The translations under genes and the position numbers were made by a program. Below are positions 18,787-28,574 of a DNA stretch of 64,000 nt, one piece after another. Below the pieces are notes generated by a model. It was not told the DNA's origin and searched no databases. It was given only the letters and a program-made list of their open reading frames with translations. Position 1 is the first letter of the stretch, and each line of letters starts with the position of its first letter. Source of the stretch: Dehalococcoidia bacterium (lineage in GTDB: Bacteria > Chloroflexota > Dehalococcoidia > UBA2979); NCBI GenBank assembly GCA_019694855.1, contig JAIBBD010000002.1, forward strand, positions 25,354 to 89,353, in the 5' to 3' direction.

Positions 18787-19458
18787 ATGACCGTTATTGG
18801 TCTGACCGGAGGGATCGCCTCCGGGAAGTCTACTGCCGCGAGTTTGCTCAAGGGCTATGGCGCCATTGTCATCGACGCCGACCGCGTCGGTCACCGCGTC
18901 TACGAGCCGGGGACCAGCGGCTTTCAGGCCGTGGTCAACGAGTTCGGGCACGACCTCGTTGCCGCGGACGGTACGATTAATCGACAGCTGCTCGGCGGCA
19001 AGGTCTTCGGCGATCCGGCCCAGATGAAGCGGCTCACCGACATCGTCTGGCCCGAGATCCGCAAGCTCGCCGCCGAGGAGATCGCGGACCTGAAGAAGCG
19101 CGACCCCGCCTCGACGATCGTCCTCGAGGCTGCGGTCATGATCGAGGCCAACTGGATGGACCTCGCCGACGAGGTGTGGGTCGTCACGGTCAGCCCCGAG
19201 GTCGCCCGCGAGCGCCTGATGGCGCGCAACGGACTGACCGAGGCGCAGGCACAGGCCCGCATCGACTCGCAGCTGTCAAACAAGGAGCGTTTGGCCTACG
19301 CCGACGTGAAGGTCGACAATTCCAGCACCCTCGAGCAGTTCGAACAGCGCGTCGAGCGCGAGTGGAAGAAGCTGCTCAAGCGGGTCGATGAAGCCAACGC
19401 CGCCAACGCCAAAGCAGGTGCGGCGGACAAGGGAACGAAGCGGGCGGCGCGCAAGTGA
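18787..19458 (+). CDS. coaE: Dephospho-CoA kinase
   Basis: [16 protein letters not shown] (P-loop) with a CoaE-typical fold and length. Start chosen at ATG 18787 after GGAG. Confidence 0.85.
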   Translation: MTVIGLTGGIASGKSTAASLLKGYGAIVIDADRVGHRVYEPGTSGFQAVVNEFGHDLVAADGTINRQLLGGKVFGDPAQMKRLTDIVWPEIRKLAAEEIADLKKRDPASTIVLEAAVMIEANWMDLADEVWVVTVSPEVARERLMARNGLTEAQAQARIDSQLSNKERLAYADVKVDNSSTLEQFEQRVEREWKKLLKRVDEANAANAKAGAADKGTKRAARK

Positions 19459-20330
19459 CCACGACTCAACCGATGGCCGAACAGGCCTTCAAGCAGATGC
19501 AGATCGAGGACTTCCGGCTCACCAGTGAGCCGTACTACCTCCCCATTGCGGACGAAGTCCAGCTGTTCGAGACGGCCTACGACCAGAACGTGCCGGTGCT
19601 CCTCAAAGGCCCCACGGGCTGCGGCAAGACTCGCTTCGTCGAGTACATGTCGTGGCGCCTGCATGGCCACCTCGGCAGCCGCGACGACGAGGGCGTGCCC
19701 CTGATCACCGTCGCCTGTCACGAGGACCTCACGGCCTCCGACCTCGTCGGCCGCTACCTCCTCGAGGGCGAGGAGACGCGCTGGATCGACGGCCCCATCA
19801 CCCGGGCCGTCAAGGTTGGCGCCATCTGCTACCTCGACGAGATCGTCGAGGCGCGCAAGGACACCACCGTCCTCATCCACCCCCTCACCGACTACCGGCG
19901 CCTGCTGCCGATCGACAAGCGCGGCGACCTCCTCGAGGCGGCTCCGGGCTTCCTGCTGGTGTTGTCCTACAACCCCGGCTACCAGTCGGCGCTGAAAGAC
20001 CTCAAGCACTCGACCCGGCAGCGCTTCATCGCCATCGAGTTCGACTACCCGCCGCGTGACCAGGAGGCGGAGATCATCCGCACGGAGTCGGGCTGCTCCC
20101 AGGAGATGGCCAATGAGCTGGCCAAGCTCGCGGAGAAGGTCCGCAACCTGAAGGAGCACGGCCTCGCCGAGGGCGTCTCCACCCGTCTGCTGGTGTACGC
20201 CGGCAAACTGATCGCCAGTGGCATCGCGCCGCGCCGTGCGTGCCAGTCCGCAGTCGTGTGGGGCCTGACCGACGACCTCGAGGTCCAGCGCTCCCTCGAG
20301 GAGGTCGTGACCTCGATCTTCGCCGACTGA
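19455..20330 (+). CDS. CbbQ/NirQ/NorQ/GvpN-family AAA+ ATPase (MoxR class)
   Basis: Walker [18 protein letters not shown], Walker [10 protein letters not shown], and a length and architecture typical of CbbQ/NorQ. The start overlaps the coaE stop; an alternative start is ATG 19473. Confidence 0.8.
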   Translation: MTTTQPMAEQAFKQMQIEDFRLTSEPYYLPIADEVQLFETAYDQNVPVLLKGPTGCGKTRFVEYMSWRLHGHLGSRDDEGVPLITVACHEDLTASDLVGRYLLEGEETRWIDGPITRAVKVGAICYLDEIVEARKDTTVLIHPLTDYRRLLPIDKRGDLLEAAPGFLLVLSYNPGYQSALKDLKHSTRQRFIAIEFDYPPRDQEAEIIRTESGCSQEMANELAKLAEKVRNLKEHGLAEGVSTRLLVYAGKLIASGIAPRRACQSAVVWGLTDDLEVQRSLEEVVTSIFAD

Positions 20331-20355
20331 CGGGCGGACACGGACGGGAGGTCCG

Positions 20356-20958
20356 GTGCGACTCGGAATCGTCTCTGACATCCACTGCAACATCGCTTCG
20401 CTCGACATGGCCCTCTCCCGGATGGGCCATGTCGACGAAGTGCTGTGCGCCGGCGACGCCATCTTCCAGTTCCGCTTTTCCAACGAGGTGATCGGTCGCC
20501 TCAAGGAGATCGGCGCCCACGTCGTGCTCGGCAACCACGAGGAAGTCGTCCTCAGCCGCGGCGGTCAGCGCGTCCGCGAGCAGCCCGACGTCGACCAGGA
20601 CCTCCTCAAGTGGCTCTCCGAGCGGCCGAAGCGCATCGACACCGTCATCGATGGCAAGCGCATCACGATGTTCCACGGCTCGCACCGCGACTGCGGCGAA
20701 TACGTCTACCCGCACAACGCCGTGATGAAGGAGTTCGGCAACCTCGGTGCCGACTTCGTCATCCACGGCCACACCCATTGCGCGATGACCCACCAGGTGA
20801 ACGGCACCCTCGTCATCAACCCGGGCTCCGCGGGCCAGCCGCGCGATCCCTGGAACGGCTTCCGTTCCTCCTACGCCATCCTCGACACGCAGAGTGGCGA
20901 GGTGACGTTCGACGTGTACGATGACCCGGTGCACAAGCCGAATAGCGTGACCTCATGA
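20356..20958 (+). CDS. Metallophosphoesterase (calcineurin-like, YfcE/MJ0936 type)
   Basis: GDIHCN...GD...GNHE...GHTH carries the metallophosphatase signature residues. GTG start after GGGAGG. Confidence 0.75.
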   Translation: MRLGIVSDIHCNIASLDMALSRMGHVDEVLCAGDAIFQFRFSNEVIGRLKEIGAHVVLGNHEEVVLSRGGQRVREQPDVDQDLLKWLSERPKRIDTVIDGKRITMFHGSHRDCGEYVYPHNAVMKEFGNLGADFVIHGHTHCAMTHQVNGTLVINPGSAGQPRDPWNGFRSSYAILDTQSGEVTFDVYDDPVHKPNSVTS

Positions 20959-23900
20959 GCATTGTCGAAGAACTGATGGCCCGCCACGACCCCGCCCTCC
21001 GCGGACATGGCCCCGCCGTGCCCGAGGAGTTCGCGGTCGCCCTCCGCTCCATGGAGCCGATCCTCTCCCCTGAGGATCTCGAGGCATGGGCCGCTGCCGG
21101 CGTCGACCTCGCCGGCCGCTCATTGCGCTCTTGGGAGGCCGCCGTCGAGTACTTCCGCGTCGGCCCTCGTATCGCGAACCAGCTGCCCTTCAATCTCGTC
21201 ATGTACTGCGCCGAGACCGCAGGCCGCATTACGGAGGGCTCACCGCCCGTCGCCGCCGCGTTCCTCCGCGCCGCCCCCGAGGTCATCCCGCTGCTCCCGC
21301 TGGAGCGCGGCGACAGCGTCGGCATCATGGGCGAGGAGATCCCGCTCCGCCACGCCGGCCAGGGCGAGATCGGTCGCTGGGCTCGTATGGGCGAGCGCCT
21401 GCACCGCGGCAACTGGAAGTCCGTCGCGCTGGCCTCGCTGTTTTACGAGCTGACGCCGAGGTTGCTCGACCCGCTCCGCCTCCACCTCGTGGAGGAGCTC
21501 GTCGAGGTCATCGACCTGCTCTCGGACCGCTCCTACCAGCTCGCGACCATCTGCCTCGAAAGCTCGCCCGAGTTGTTCGCCGGCCTGCGTCCGGCGGATC
21601 GCGAGCCCTTCCTGCGTTTCGCCCGCGCCGTGACGCGCGCCTCCTGGGCCGACACCCGCCTCTACTTCGAGCGCGGCCCGCAGCTCATCCAGGGCGTCGA
21701 GCAGGACGACCGCGAGACGTTCCTCGATATCGCCGCCAAGGTCGTCACTGCGGGCGGCCGCCAGGGCTTCCCCCACTTCGTCGATGCGGCGACGGCCCTC
21801 GCGACCGTCCCCACCGCCGAGCACCAGGTCCTGATCGCGCTCGCCACGCATATCGCGAAGGGCAGCCCGGTCGCCGCGATGTCCCTGCTCTCCTCGGCGC
21901 CGTCCGTGCTCACCCGCCTCACGACCGACCAGCTTGGGCAGTGGGCCGAGCCCGGCAGCCGCCTCCTCTTCGAGGAAGGCAACATCGAGGGCGCCGAGGC
22001 GTACTTCCGCCTCGAGTCGGTGCGCGCCGAGCAGGCGCTCGCTGCGCTCTCCGCGCGCGTCGAACTGACCACGGTCGGCTCGCTGCTCCGCATGTATGCC
22101 AAGGCCCTCACCGGGGAGCAGGTCGCCATTCGCTCCGCCGAGGAACTCGTCGATAAGGGCATCGGCTGGGTCACGGAGTCCGTCGCGACCACCGAGGGCA
22201 CCTCGATCTACCTGCCTCCGTTCGTGGGCTCCTTCCCCGACCAGGCGGCCAACTTCCAGTGCTACAAGGTCTTCACGACCCACCAGACCGGCCGCATTGA
22301 GTTCGGCTCGTTCGCCTTCCGCTTCGGCGAGCCCGGCGTGCACACGCCCGCCACCGTGCGCGACCGCGAGGCGCAGCTCCCGGCCCGCGAGCGACCCGTC
22401 ATCACCTCGATGGAGCGCTTCTACGACCTCTTCGAGGACCGCGACCTGATCGCCGCCCTGTTCACCATCGTCGAGGACACGCGCATCGACGCCTACGTCG
22501 CCCGCGAGTACGGCGGCATCCGCGTCTGGCTGCAGCGCCTCCAGGCCTTCGAGGCCGAGCGCCGCCCCGACGTCCGCACGATGGCTCTGCGCGCGGCCTT
22601 CTGCGAGAACCTCCTGCGCTCCTCCCTCGGCCGCCCCGACCGTATGCTCTGGCCGCGCGAGCTGAGCGACCTCCTCCGCCAGGGCCTGAACGCCCTCAAG
22701 ATCGTGGAGCAGCCGGGTGCCCTCGTGCAGGACTCCGCCGAGGTGGCTGCCGCGCTCTACGACCTCGTCACGCTCATCCCGAACCTCCTCAATGCCTTCG
22801 CCGAGTCCGACTGGGTCGAACCCGACGAAGACATGCTGACGATGTACCCCTCGATGCCCGCCGGAAAGGGCGATCAGGCTCCGATGCCGCACAGCGAGGA
22901 GGGCGTCGATTTCGAGGCGCCCGGCCAGCCTGACTTCCGCGGCGACTTCAAGCCGGAGCTCGTCCAGCTGCTCGCCAAGCTGAAGCAGCAGGGCCAGGAA
23001 GGCGACGGCGAGGCCTCCCCCCTGACCCGCGAGCAGCTCATGGAGATGCTCCAGAAATCCGCCGAGATCAACATCTCCGAGATGATCGAGGCCGAGTTCG
23101 CGGAGTCCATGGGCATGTTCCTGGACAACCTCGAGAAGGAAGCCGCCACACCCGCCTCGACGCTCAAGGCCAAGAAGGACGACGACGGCGGAGACGACGG
23201 CGGCGGTGCCGGCGAGGGCGAGGAGCAGCCGCTCGAGCTTGAGATCACCTGGTCCTACTACGACGAGTGGGACTTCCGCGCCTCCGACTACCGCCCGCGC
23301 TGGTGCCGCGTCGGCGAGCGGCTCGCCGAGGAAGGCGAGACGGACTTCTACGACGAGACGCTGCGTAAACACCACGGCCTCGTCACCGACACTCGTCGCC
23401 AGTTCGAGATGATGCGGCCGGAAAGCTTCCGTCGGATCAAGCGCCTTGAGGACGGCGAGGAGATCGACCTCGACCGTTCCATCGAGTTCATCGTCGACAA
23501 GCGCGCCGGCGTCGGTCCGCTCGCCCAGGTCTACTGGCGCCGCAACAAGGTCGAACGCGACGTCGCGGTCGCCTTCCTCATGGACATGTCCGCCTCGACC
23601 GACGAGGAGATCGACAAGCAGAAGGTCGACTACAGCGACGACGACGACTTCAATGGCGACCCGCGCAACTACTTCCAGTGGCTCTCACAGCGTCGCGCCT
23701 TGCGCGCCATCGAGCCCCCGAAGCGCATCGTGGACCTCGAGAAGGAGTCGCTCGTCATGATCGTCGAGGCCCTCGAGGCGATCGGCGACTCCTACGGCAT
23801 CTACGGGTTCTCCGGCTACGGCCGCGACAACGTCGAGTACCACGTCATCAAGGACCTCGGCGAGAACTTCAGCGACCGCGTACGCCGCCGCATCGACAAG

Positions 23901-24251
23901 ATTCAGCCCATCCGCTCCACGCGGATGGGCCCGGCTGTGCGCCACACCGTTGCCAAGCTCAACGAGTACGACGCGAAGGTAAAGATCCTCATCCTGGTCT
24001 CGGACGGCCGCCCCCAGGATCACGGCTACGGTCGCGACCGGACCGAGAAGGAATATGCGGTCCACGACACGCACCAGGCCCTCATGGAGGCCAAGCGTTC
24101 AGGTATCGTCCCCTTCCTCATCACCGTCGACAAGGAAGGCCATGACTACATGAAGCAGATGTGCTCGGACGTCGGCTACGAGGTCGTCGACGAGATCGAG
24201 CAGCTCCCGCGCCGCCTCACCACCCTCTATCGCGCCCTCGCCGCCGACTAG
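20955..24251 (+). CDS. Very large NorD/CbbO-like protein (1098 aa) with C-terminal von Willebrand factor A domain
   Basis: ATGA coupling to the phosphoesterase. The C-terminus has a vWA fold with MIDAS residues (DMSAST...SDG) and YDEWDFRASDYRPRWCRV before it, as in NorD/CbbO partners of CbbQ/NorQ ATPases. The N-terminal roughly 850 aa are helical-repeat and acidic low-complexity. Confidence 0.7.
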   Translation: MSIVEELMARHDPALRGHGPAVPEEFAVALRSMEPILSPEDLEAWAAAGVDLAGRSLRSWEAAVEYFRVGPRIANQLPFNLVMYCAETAGRITEGSPPVAAAFLRAAPEVIPLLPLERGDSVGIMGEEIPLRHAGQGEIGRWARMGERLHRGNWKSVALASLFYELTPRLLDPLRLHLVEELVEVIDLLSDRSYQLATICLESSPELFAGLRPADREPFLRFARAVTRASWADTRLYFERGPQLIQGVEQDDRETFLDIAAKVVTAGGRQGFPHFVDAATALATVPTAEHQVLIALATHIAKGSPVAAMSLLSSAPSVLTRLTTDQLGQWAEPGSRLLFEEGNIEGAEAYFRLESVRAEQALAALSARVELTTVGSLLRMYAKALTGEQVAIRSAEELVDKGIGWVTESVATTEGTSIYLPPFVGSFPDQAANFQCYKVFTTHQTGRIEFGSFAFRFGEPGVHTPATVRDREAQLPARERPVITSMERFYDLFEDRDLIAALFTIVEDTRIDAYVAREYGGIRVWLQRLQAFEAERRPDVRTMALRAAFCENLLRSSLGRPDRMLWPRELSDLLRQGLNALKIVEQPGALVQDSAEVAAALYDLVTLIPNLLNAFAESDWVEPDEDMLTMYPSMPAGKGDQAPMPHSEEGVDFEAPGQPDFRGDFKPELVQLLAKLKQQGQEGDGEASPLTREQLMEMLQKSAEINISEMIEAEFAESMGMFLDNLEKEAATPASTLKAKKDDDGGDDGGGAGEGEEQPLELEITWSYYDEWDFRASDYRPRWCRVGERLAEEGETDFYDETLRKHHGLVTDTRRQFEMMRPESFRRIKRLEDGEEIDLDRSIEFIVDKRAGVGPLAQVYWRRNKVERDVAVAFLMDMSASTDEEIDKQKVDYSDDDDFNGDPRNYFQWLSQRRALRAIEPPKRIVDLEKESLVMIVEALEAIGDSYGIYGFSGYGRDNVEYHVIKDLGENFSDRVRRRIDKIQPIRSTRMGPAVRHTVAKLNEYDAKVKILILVSDGRPQDHGYGRDRTEKEYAVHDTHQALMEAKRSGIVPFLITVDKEGHDYMKQMCSDVGYEVVDEIEQLPRRLTTLYRALAAD

Positions 24252-24276
24252 CGCTGCCTCGTCGACGCAACATCAC

Positions 24277-24300
24277 GAGGGCCGGGCAACCGGCCCTCGT
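24277..24300 (+). terminator. Hairpin terminator after the vWA gene
   Basis: CGAGGGCCGG-gcaa-CCGGCCCTCG is a perfect 10-bp stem followed by TTGCG. Confidence 0.6.
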
Positions 24301-24381
24301 TGCGCATGACGTTCGCCCCCCTGATCGCAGCACGCCGCTCGGTACGCTGGATCCACCCTCCCCACCTCGAAAGGACCGGCG

Positions 24382-24780
24382 ATGGATCAGCGCGCGTACG
24401 GACTCTTCATCCGCACCTCGAAGCCCTACGAAGAAGCTCTCGAAGCGACGAAGGCTGCCCTGAAGGACCAGGGCTTCGGCGTCCTCACTGAGATCGATGT
24501 CCAGTCCACCCTGAAGGCGAAGCTGGGCGCGGACTTCCGCCGCTACGACATCATCGGCGCGTGCAACCCGCCGCTCGCCCACCGCGCCCTCGCCGAGGAA
24601 CTCGACATCGGTCTGCTGCTCCCCTGCAACGTCATCGTCTACGAAGACGAGGGCGGCTCGGTCGTGGCTGCCCTCGATCCCGCACAGATGATGGCCGTCA
24701 CGTCGAGCGCTGCACTCGAGGCGGTCGCGGCCGACGCAAGGGAGCGTCTCATACGCGCCCTCACAGCCATCGAGGGCTGA
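24382..24780 (+). CDS. DUF302 domain protein
   Basis: 132 aa. GFGVLTEIDVQSTLKAKLG...YDIIGACNP...LLPCNVIVYE is the characteristic DUF302 pattern. Confidence 0.7.
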   Translation: MDQRAYGLFIRTSKPYEEALEATKAALKDQGFGVLTEIDVQSTLKAKLGADFRRYDIIGACNPPLAHRALAEELDIGLLLPCNVIVYEDEGGSVVAALDPAQMMAVTSSAALEAVAADARERLIRALTAIEG

Positions 24781-24833
24781 CCTCGTCCCTCACCTTCGCG
24801 CGCCGGCGTCGCGCGTATGGCACGATTCCGACC

Positions 24834-26006
24834 GTGACCGCTTCGTCCAACCCGGAATCGCAGCCCCAGGGCCGCCTCGCGGAGGTGGCCCGCCTCTTCC
24901 TTCGTCTCGGCGTCACCGCCTTCGGCGGCCCGGCGGCCCACATCGCAATGATGCAGGACGAGGTCGTCCACCGCCGCAAGTGGGTCAGCCAGCAGCACTT
25001 CCTCGACCTCCTCGGCGCGACGAACCTCATCCCCGGCCCGAACTCCACCGAGATGGCGATCCATCTCGGATTCATCCGCGCGGGCTGGAGAGGCCTGCTC
25101 GCGGCCGGCGCGTTGTTCATCCTCCCCGCGATGGTCATTGTCATCGCCTTCGCCTGGGCCTACGTCGAGTACGGCTCCACCCCGGAAGTCACCTGGCTCC
25201 TGTACGGCATCAAGCCGGTCGTCATCGCGGTCGTGGCGCAGGCGCTCTGGCGCCTCGGCCGTGCCGCGCTGAGCACGCCGTTCCTCGGCGCGGTCGGGGC
25301 GAGCGTCGTCGGCCTCTACCTCCTCGGACTCAACGAGATCGCGCTGCTGTTCGGTGCCGGCTTCTCCGTGATGGCCGTCCGCCTTGCCCGCCTTCGAGTC
25401 ATCCGACCCAGGAGTCTCGGCGCGCTGCTTCCCATCGCGGGCCTCCCGCTCCCCCTCGCCGCGACCGCCGCCGTCGAGGGCTACAGTCACACCACCCTCT
25501 TCCTGACGTTCCTCAAAATTGGCTCGGTGCTGTACGGCTCCGGCTACGTCCTGCTTGCCTTCCTCCGCAACGACTTCGTCGAGCGCCTCGGCTGGCTGAC
25601 GAACCAGCAGCTCCTGGATGCCGTGGCGGTCGGCCAGTTCACCCCCGGCCCCGTTTTCACGACCGCCACCTTCATCGGTTACATCCTCGGTGGCTTCCCG
25701 GGCGCGATCCTCGCGACCGTCGGCATCTTCCTGCCCGCGTTCGTTTTCGTCGCCGCCCTGAACCCCCTCGTCCCGAGGATTCGCCGCTCCCCCTGGCTCT
25801 CCGCGCTCCTCGATGGCGTGAACGTCGCCGCCGTCGGCCTCATGGCGGCCGTCCTCGTCGTCCTCACGCGCGACGCCATCGTCGACTGGTACACGGTGCT
25901 GCTCACCGCGGTCGCCGCGGCGCTGCTCCTCCGCTGGAACGTGAATTCAGCCTGGCTCGTCGCGGCGGGCGGCGTTGCGGGTATCGCCTACCAGGCGTTC
26001 GCCTAG
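24834..26006 (+). CDS. chrA: Chromate ion transporter (CHR family, fused two-half form)
   Basis: RLFLRLGVTAFGGPAAHIAMMQDE and a second repeat LTFLKIGSVLYGSGYVLLAFLRND are the two ChrA halves. GTG start chosen after the DUF302 stop; the ATG at 24561 would overlap DUF302 by 220 nt. Confidence 0.7.
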   Translation: MTASSNPESQPQGRLAEVARLFLRLGVTAFGGPAAHIAMMQDEVVHRRKWVSQQHFLDLLGATNLIPGPNSTEMAIHLGFIRAGWRGLLAAGALFILPAMVIVIAFAWAYVEYGSTPEVTWLLYGIKPVVIAVVAQALWRLGRAALSTPFLGAVGASVVGLYLLGLNEIALLFGAGFSVMAVRLARLRVIRPRSLGALLPIAGLPLPLAATAAVEGYSHTTLFLTFLKIGSVLYGSGYVLLAFLRNDFVERLGWLTNQQLLDAVAVGQFTPGPVFTTATFIGYILGGFPGAILATVGIFLPAFVFVAALNPLVPRIRRSPWLSALLDGVNVAAVGLMAAVLVVLTRDAIVDWYTVLLTAVAAALLLRWNVNSAWLVAAGGVAGIAYQAFA

Positions 26007-27046
26007 CGAATTGACGTGCCTGCTTTGTGCATCGCGAGATGCATCCGCAATGCCGATTCGATCAAGAACACGGACACAGTCGCGGCGAGCGCACAGCCCC
26101 CGAGCAGCAGCGCCAGGTCGTCGGCCCCCGCCGCCGGCGCATCCACCCCCACGGCTCGCCAGATGGCGTCGCGAAACGCCAAGCCGATCGGCGCAGCCAT
26201 CGATCCGGCCACCACCGAGTCAACGCCGCGCCTCCGCACCACGGACAGCGCACCCTCGCGCCTCACGAGCCCGAGATAGGCCCCGGCTGCCACAACAAAC
26301 GCAAACAGTCCGCACGTTGCGACCGCGAAGATGATCGCGAGGATCGAGCTGGCGCCTTCTTCTCGCGCTGCGCCGCAGACGATCACCGCTGCCCCAGCGG
26401 TCGAGACAGCGGCAGCGGACAGCACCGGGTATTGGCGAAGTAGACGGAGCACTGGCGGGCCGGCGTACCTGATTGCCATCCGCAACGCAGCGGCGAGTCG
26501 ACCGCGAGTGAGGACGGCACGCTCCAATGTCGTCAGCGCATCACCCACCCAGTCGGATCCCTGCCGCGCGAGAGGGTCGAGGCGATGCTCGGCCCGGCCG
26601 AGTCGCCAGCCGGCGAAACCCGCACCGGCGCTGAACGCCGCTAGCAGCGCCACGCTAGTGACGGTGTCGATACGCGTCGCTGGCGCGCTCTCCTGCACGA
26701 TGCTGACCCACTGGACGGTGAGGGTGACACCAGTAACCGCGATAAGCAGGCGGCAAGCGCGCAAGAGTGTCCTGATTCGTGAGGCCGGGAGCGCTTCGGC
26801 ACGGCGGCACAGGAACAGACTTGGGATACCGACGGCCAGGAGAGCCGGCATGAAGATGAGCGCGAACGACACGAACGCATCGTAGGGGTCATCCCTCCAG
26901 GGTGAGACCGCGTAGACACCCGGGATCTCCTTCGACGCGAAGCTCGCCGCGAAAAACAGTGCGGATAGCACAAAGACATCCCGCACTGCACGGCCAAGTG
27001 CGGGTCGCCGCGGATCCATGGGCTCGAGTACGAGGATCGCGGTCAC
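26003..27046 (-). CDS. Hypothetical polytopic membrane protein
   Basis: 347 aa with about 8 TM helices and strong GC3 bias. It converges on chrA with a 4-nt overlap. Confidence 0.45.
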   Translation of the reverse strand: MTAILVLEPMDPRRPALGRAVRDVFVLSALFFAASFASKEIPGVYAVSPWRDDPYDAFVSFALIFMPALLAVGIPSLFLCRRAEALPASRIRTLLRACRLLIAVTGVTLTVQWVSIVQESAPATRIDTVTSVALLAAFSAGAGFAGWRLGRAEHRLDPLARQGSDWVGDALTTLERAVLTRGRLAAALRMAIRYAGPPVLRLLRQYPVLSAAAVSTAGAAVIVCGAAREEGASSILAIIFAVATCGLFAFVVAAGAYLGLVRREGALSVVRRRGVDSVVAGSMAAPIGLAFRDAIWRAVGVDAPAAGADDLALLLGGCALAATVSVFLIESALRMHLAMHKAGTSIR

Positions 27047-27083
27047 ATCGCGGAGCTTACCTCGCGCCTGGCTTGCCCCCCAC

Positions 27084-27464
27084 CTACCGCTCCCGCTGCA
27101 GCTCCTCCGCTGCCATCCCGCGGTCGATGCGCCGGTAGTACGCCAGCCGCTGGCTCGCGTACCACACCGAGGCGCCCGCCCAGACCGCCGTCCCCGCGAG
27201 TAGCGCGAACACCGCGAGCGGCCAGGGCGCGCCCGGCACCGCCAGCAGCAACGACGAGAAGAGCGAAACGGCGCCGCCGAGGGCGATCAGTCCCTTACCG
27301 GACTGCCGATTGGCGTCGCGCCAGACCCGCCGGTCCGCGTACGTCGCCGGCGTGCGAACTCCGTAGAAGTGGTTCGGCCGCACGTACAGCATGCCCCACC
27401 CGAGGGCCATCGAGAGCACGCCGCCACCCAGGCACAGCACGAGGATGTAGTCGTTCTGCGACAC
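27084..27464 (-). CDS. SdpI/YhfL-family small membrane protein
   Basis: 126 aa, four TM helices and NHFYGVRTPATYADRRVWRDANR, the typical SdpI-family loop. Confidence 0.55.
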   Translation of the reverse strand: MSQNDYILVLCLGGGVLSMALGWGMLYVRPNHFYGVRTPATYADRRVWRDANRQSGKGLIALGGAVSLFSSLLLAVPGAPWPLAVFALLAGTAVWAGASVWYASQRLAYYRRIDRGMAAEELQRER

Positions 27465-27472
27465 GTTGTCGG

Positions 27473-28501
27473 TTATACCCGATCGTCCGTGCCGTCGTTC
27501 GCGAGCCGAAACCGAACGATCCCCCCAAACTCCTCGCGCAGCGCTTCCCCGGCCCCGTACAACAGGTCGAGGTGTCCAACCACCTCGGTCGTCGCCTGTG
27601 CGAGCTGCAGCGCACCGATCCGAGGAAACAGCCGCCTCGCGACACCGTACGCCGTGTCCGCTTGTTCCCCCAGTAGCCGGCGGATCGCCGCCGCCCGACG
27701 CTCGTGATGCGCCTCGAAGCGGTCGAGGAGCTTTCCGGGCTCGTCGACCACGTCACCGTGCCCCGGCAGGATCCGCCGGATGGGCAGCTGCCGCAGCCGC
27801 CGCACCGAATGCAGGAACGGCGGCAGCGATGGCCATCGAGGCCCGGGCGCGCCATCTGGCCCGTCCAGCCCGCCGACGGAAGGAAAATGCAACCCTGGTG
27901 TTGGGATCGTCCCCGGCAGCAACGTATCCCCCGAGTACAGCTCCCCGGTCGCCTCCACCCATCCCACGAGGTTCCCCGGCGTGTGCCCGGGCGCCGAGAT
28001 CACGCGCAGCCGCGTCCCACCTTCGAGGTCGAACTCCGTGCCATCTGCGACCGCCTCGACGCTGTTCGGCGGGCAGGGCTCCCAGCGATACCCGTGGCGT
28101 CCCGCCTGCTCGCGCTGCGCCTCGATCACCTCCGGCGGGCACCCATGCCGTCGCAGCGCCTCGAGGCGCAGGGGCGTCCGCTCCTCGTACCAATCCCGCC
28201 CCGAGAGCAGCGCCGGCACATCCATCGCCCCGGCGAGCACTCGCGCTCCCGCCTCGGCCCAGCGCGCCGCCAACCCCGCGTGGTCGATGTGATAGTGCGT
28301 CACGAGGACGGCTCGCACGTCCCCCGCTGCGAACCTGTGTCCCTCAGCCTGCGCCAGCGCCAGTTCCCATGACCCCTCGAGGTCGGGCCCCGCGTCGAGG
28401 AGCAATACTCCGCCCTCGGCGAGCCACAGGGGATAGATGCTGTTGCTTCCAAGCAGGATGGCCGATGGCGAGTGGGCATTGGCCGCTGTTTGTGAACTCA
28501 T
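27473..28501 (-). CDS. MBL-fold metallo-hydrolase
   Basis: THYHIDHAG metallo-beta-lactamase motif. Start set at MSSQTAANAH; the upstream 92-aa in-frame extension is Cys/Arg/Trp-rich and looks like an artefact. Confidence 0.65.
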   Translation of the reverse strand: MSSQTAANAHSPSAILLGSNSIYPLWLAEGGVLLLDAGPDLEGSWELALAQAEGHRFAAGDVRAVLVTHYHIDHAGLAARWAEAGARVLAGAMDVPALLSGRDWYEERTPLRLEALRRHGCPPEVIEAQREQAGRHGYRWEPCPPNSVEAVADGTEFDLEGGTRLRVISAPGHTPGNLVGWVEATGELYSGDTLLPGTIPTPGLHFPSVGGLDGPDGAPGPRWPSLPPFLHSVRRLRQLPIRRILPGHGDVVDEPGKLLDRFEAHHERRAAAIRRLLGEQADTAYGVARRLFPRIGALQLAQATTEVVGHLDLLYGAGEALREEFGGIVRFRLANDGTDDRV

Positions 28502-28574
28502 CGGTGCGGCTCGCCCCTTCTGTCTGGCCCTGGAAGTGGTCAGTCGGACGTGCGCGCTGGGATCGACCCAATCC

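Noticed and set aside
21240-23375. 711-aa minus-strand ORF
   Set aside because: It is antisense to the NorD/CbbO-like vWA gene, whose plus-strand frame carries the vWA/MIDAS motifs and strong GC3 bias.
24561-24833. N-terminal 91-codon extension of the chrA ORF starting at ATG 24561
   Set aside because: It would overlap the DUF302 gene by 220 nt, and its Arg/Pro-rich sequence is unlike ChrA. A GTG start at 24834 gives the conserved ChrA N-terminus.
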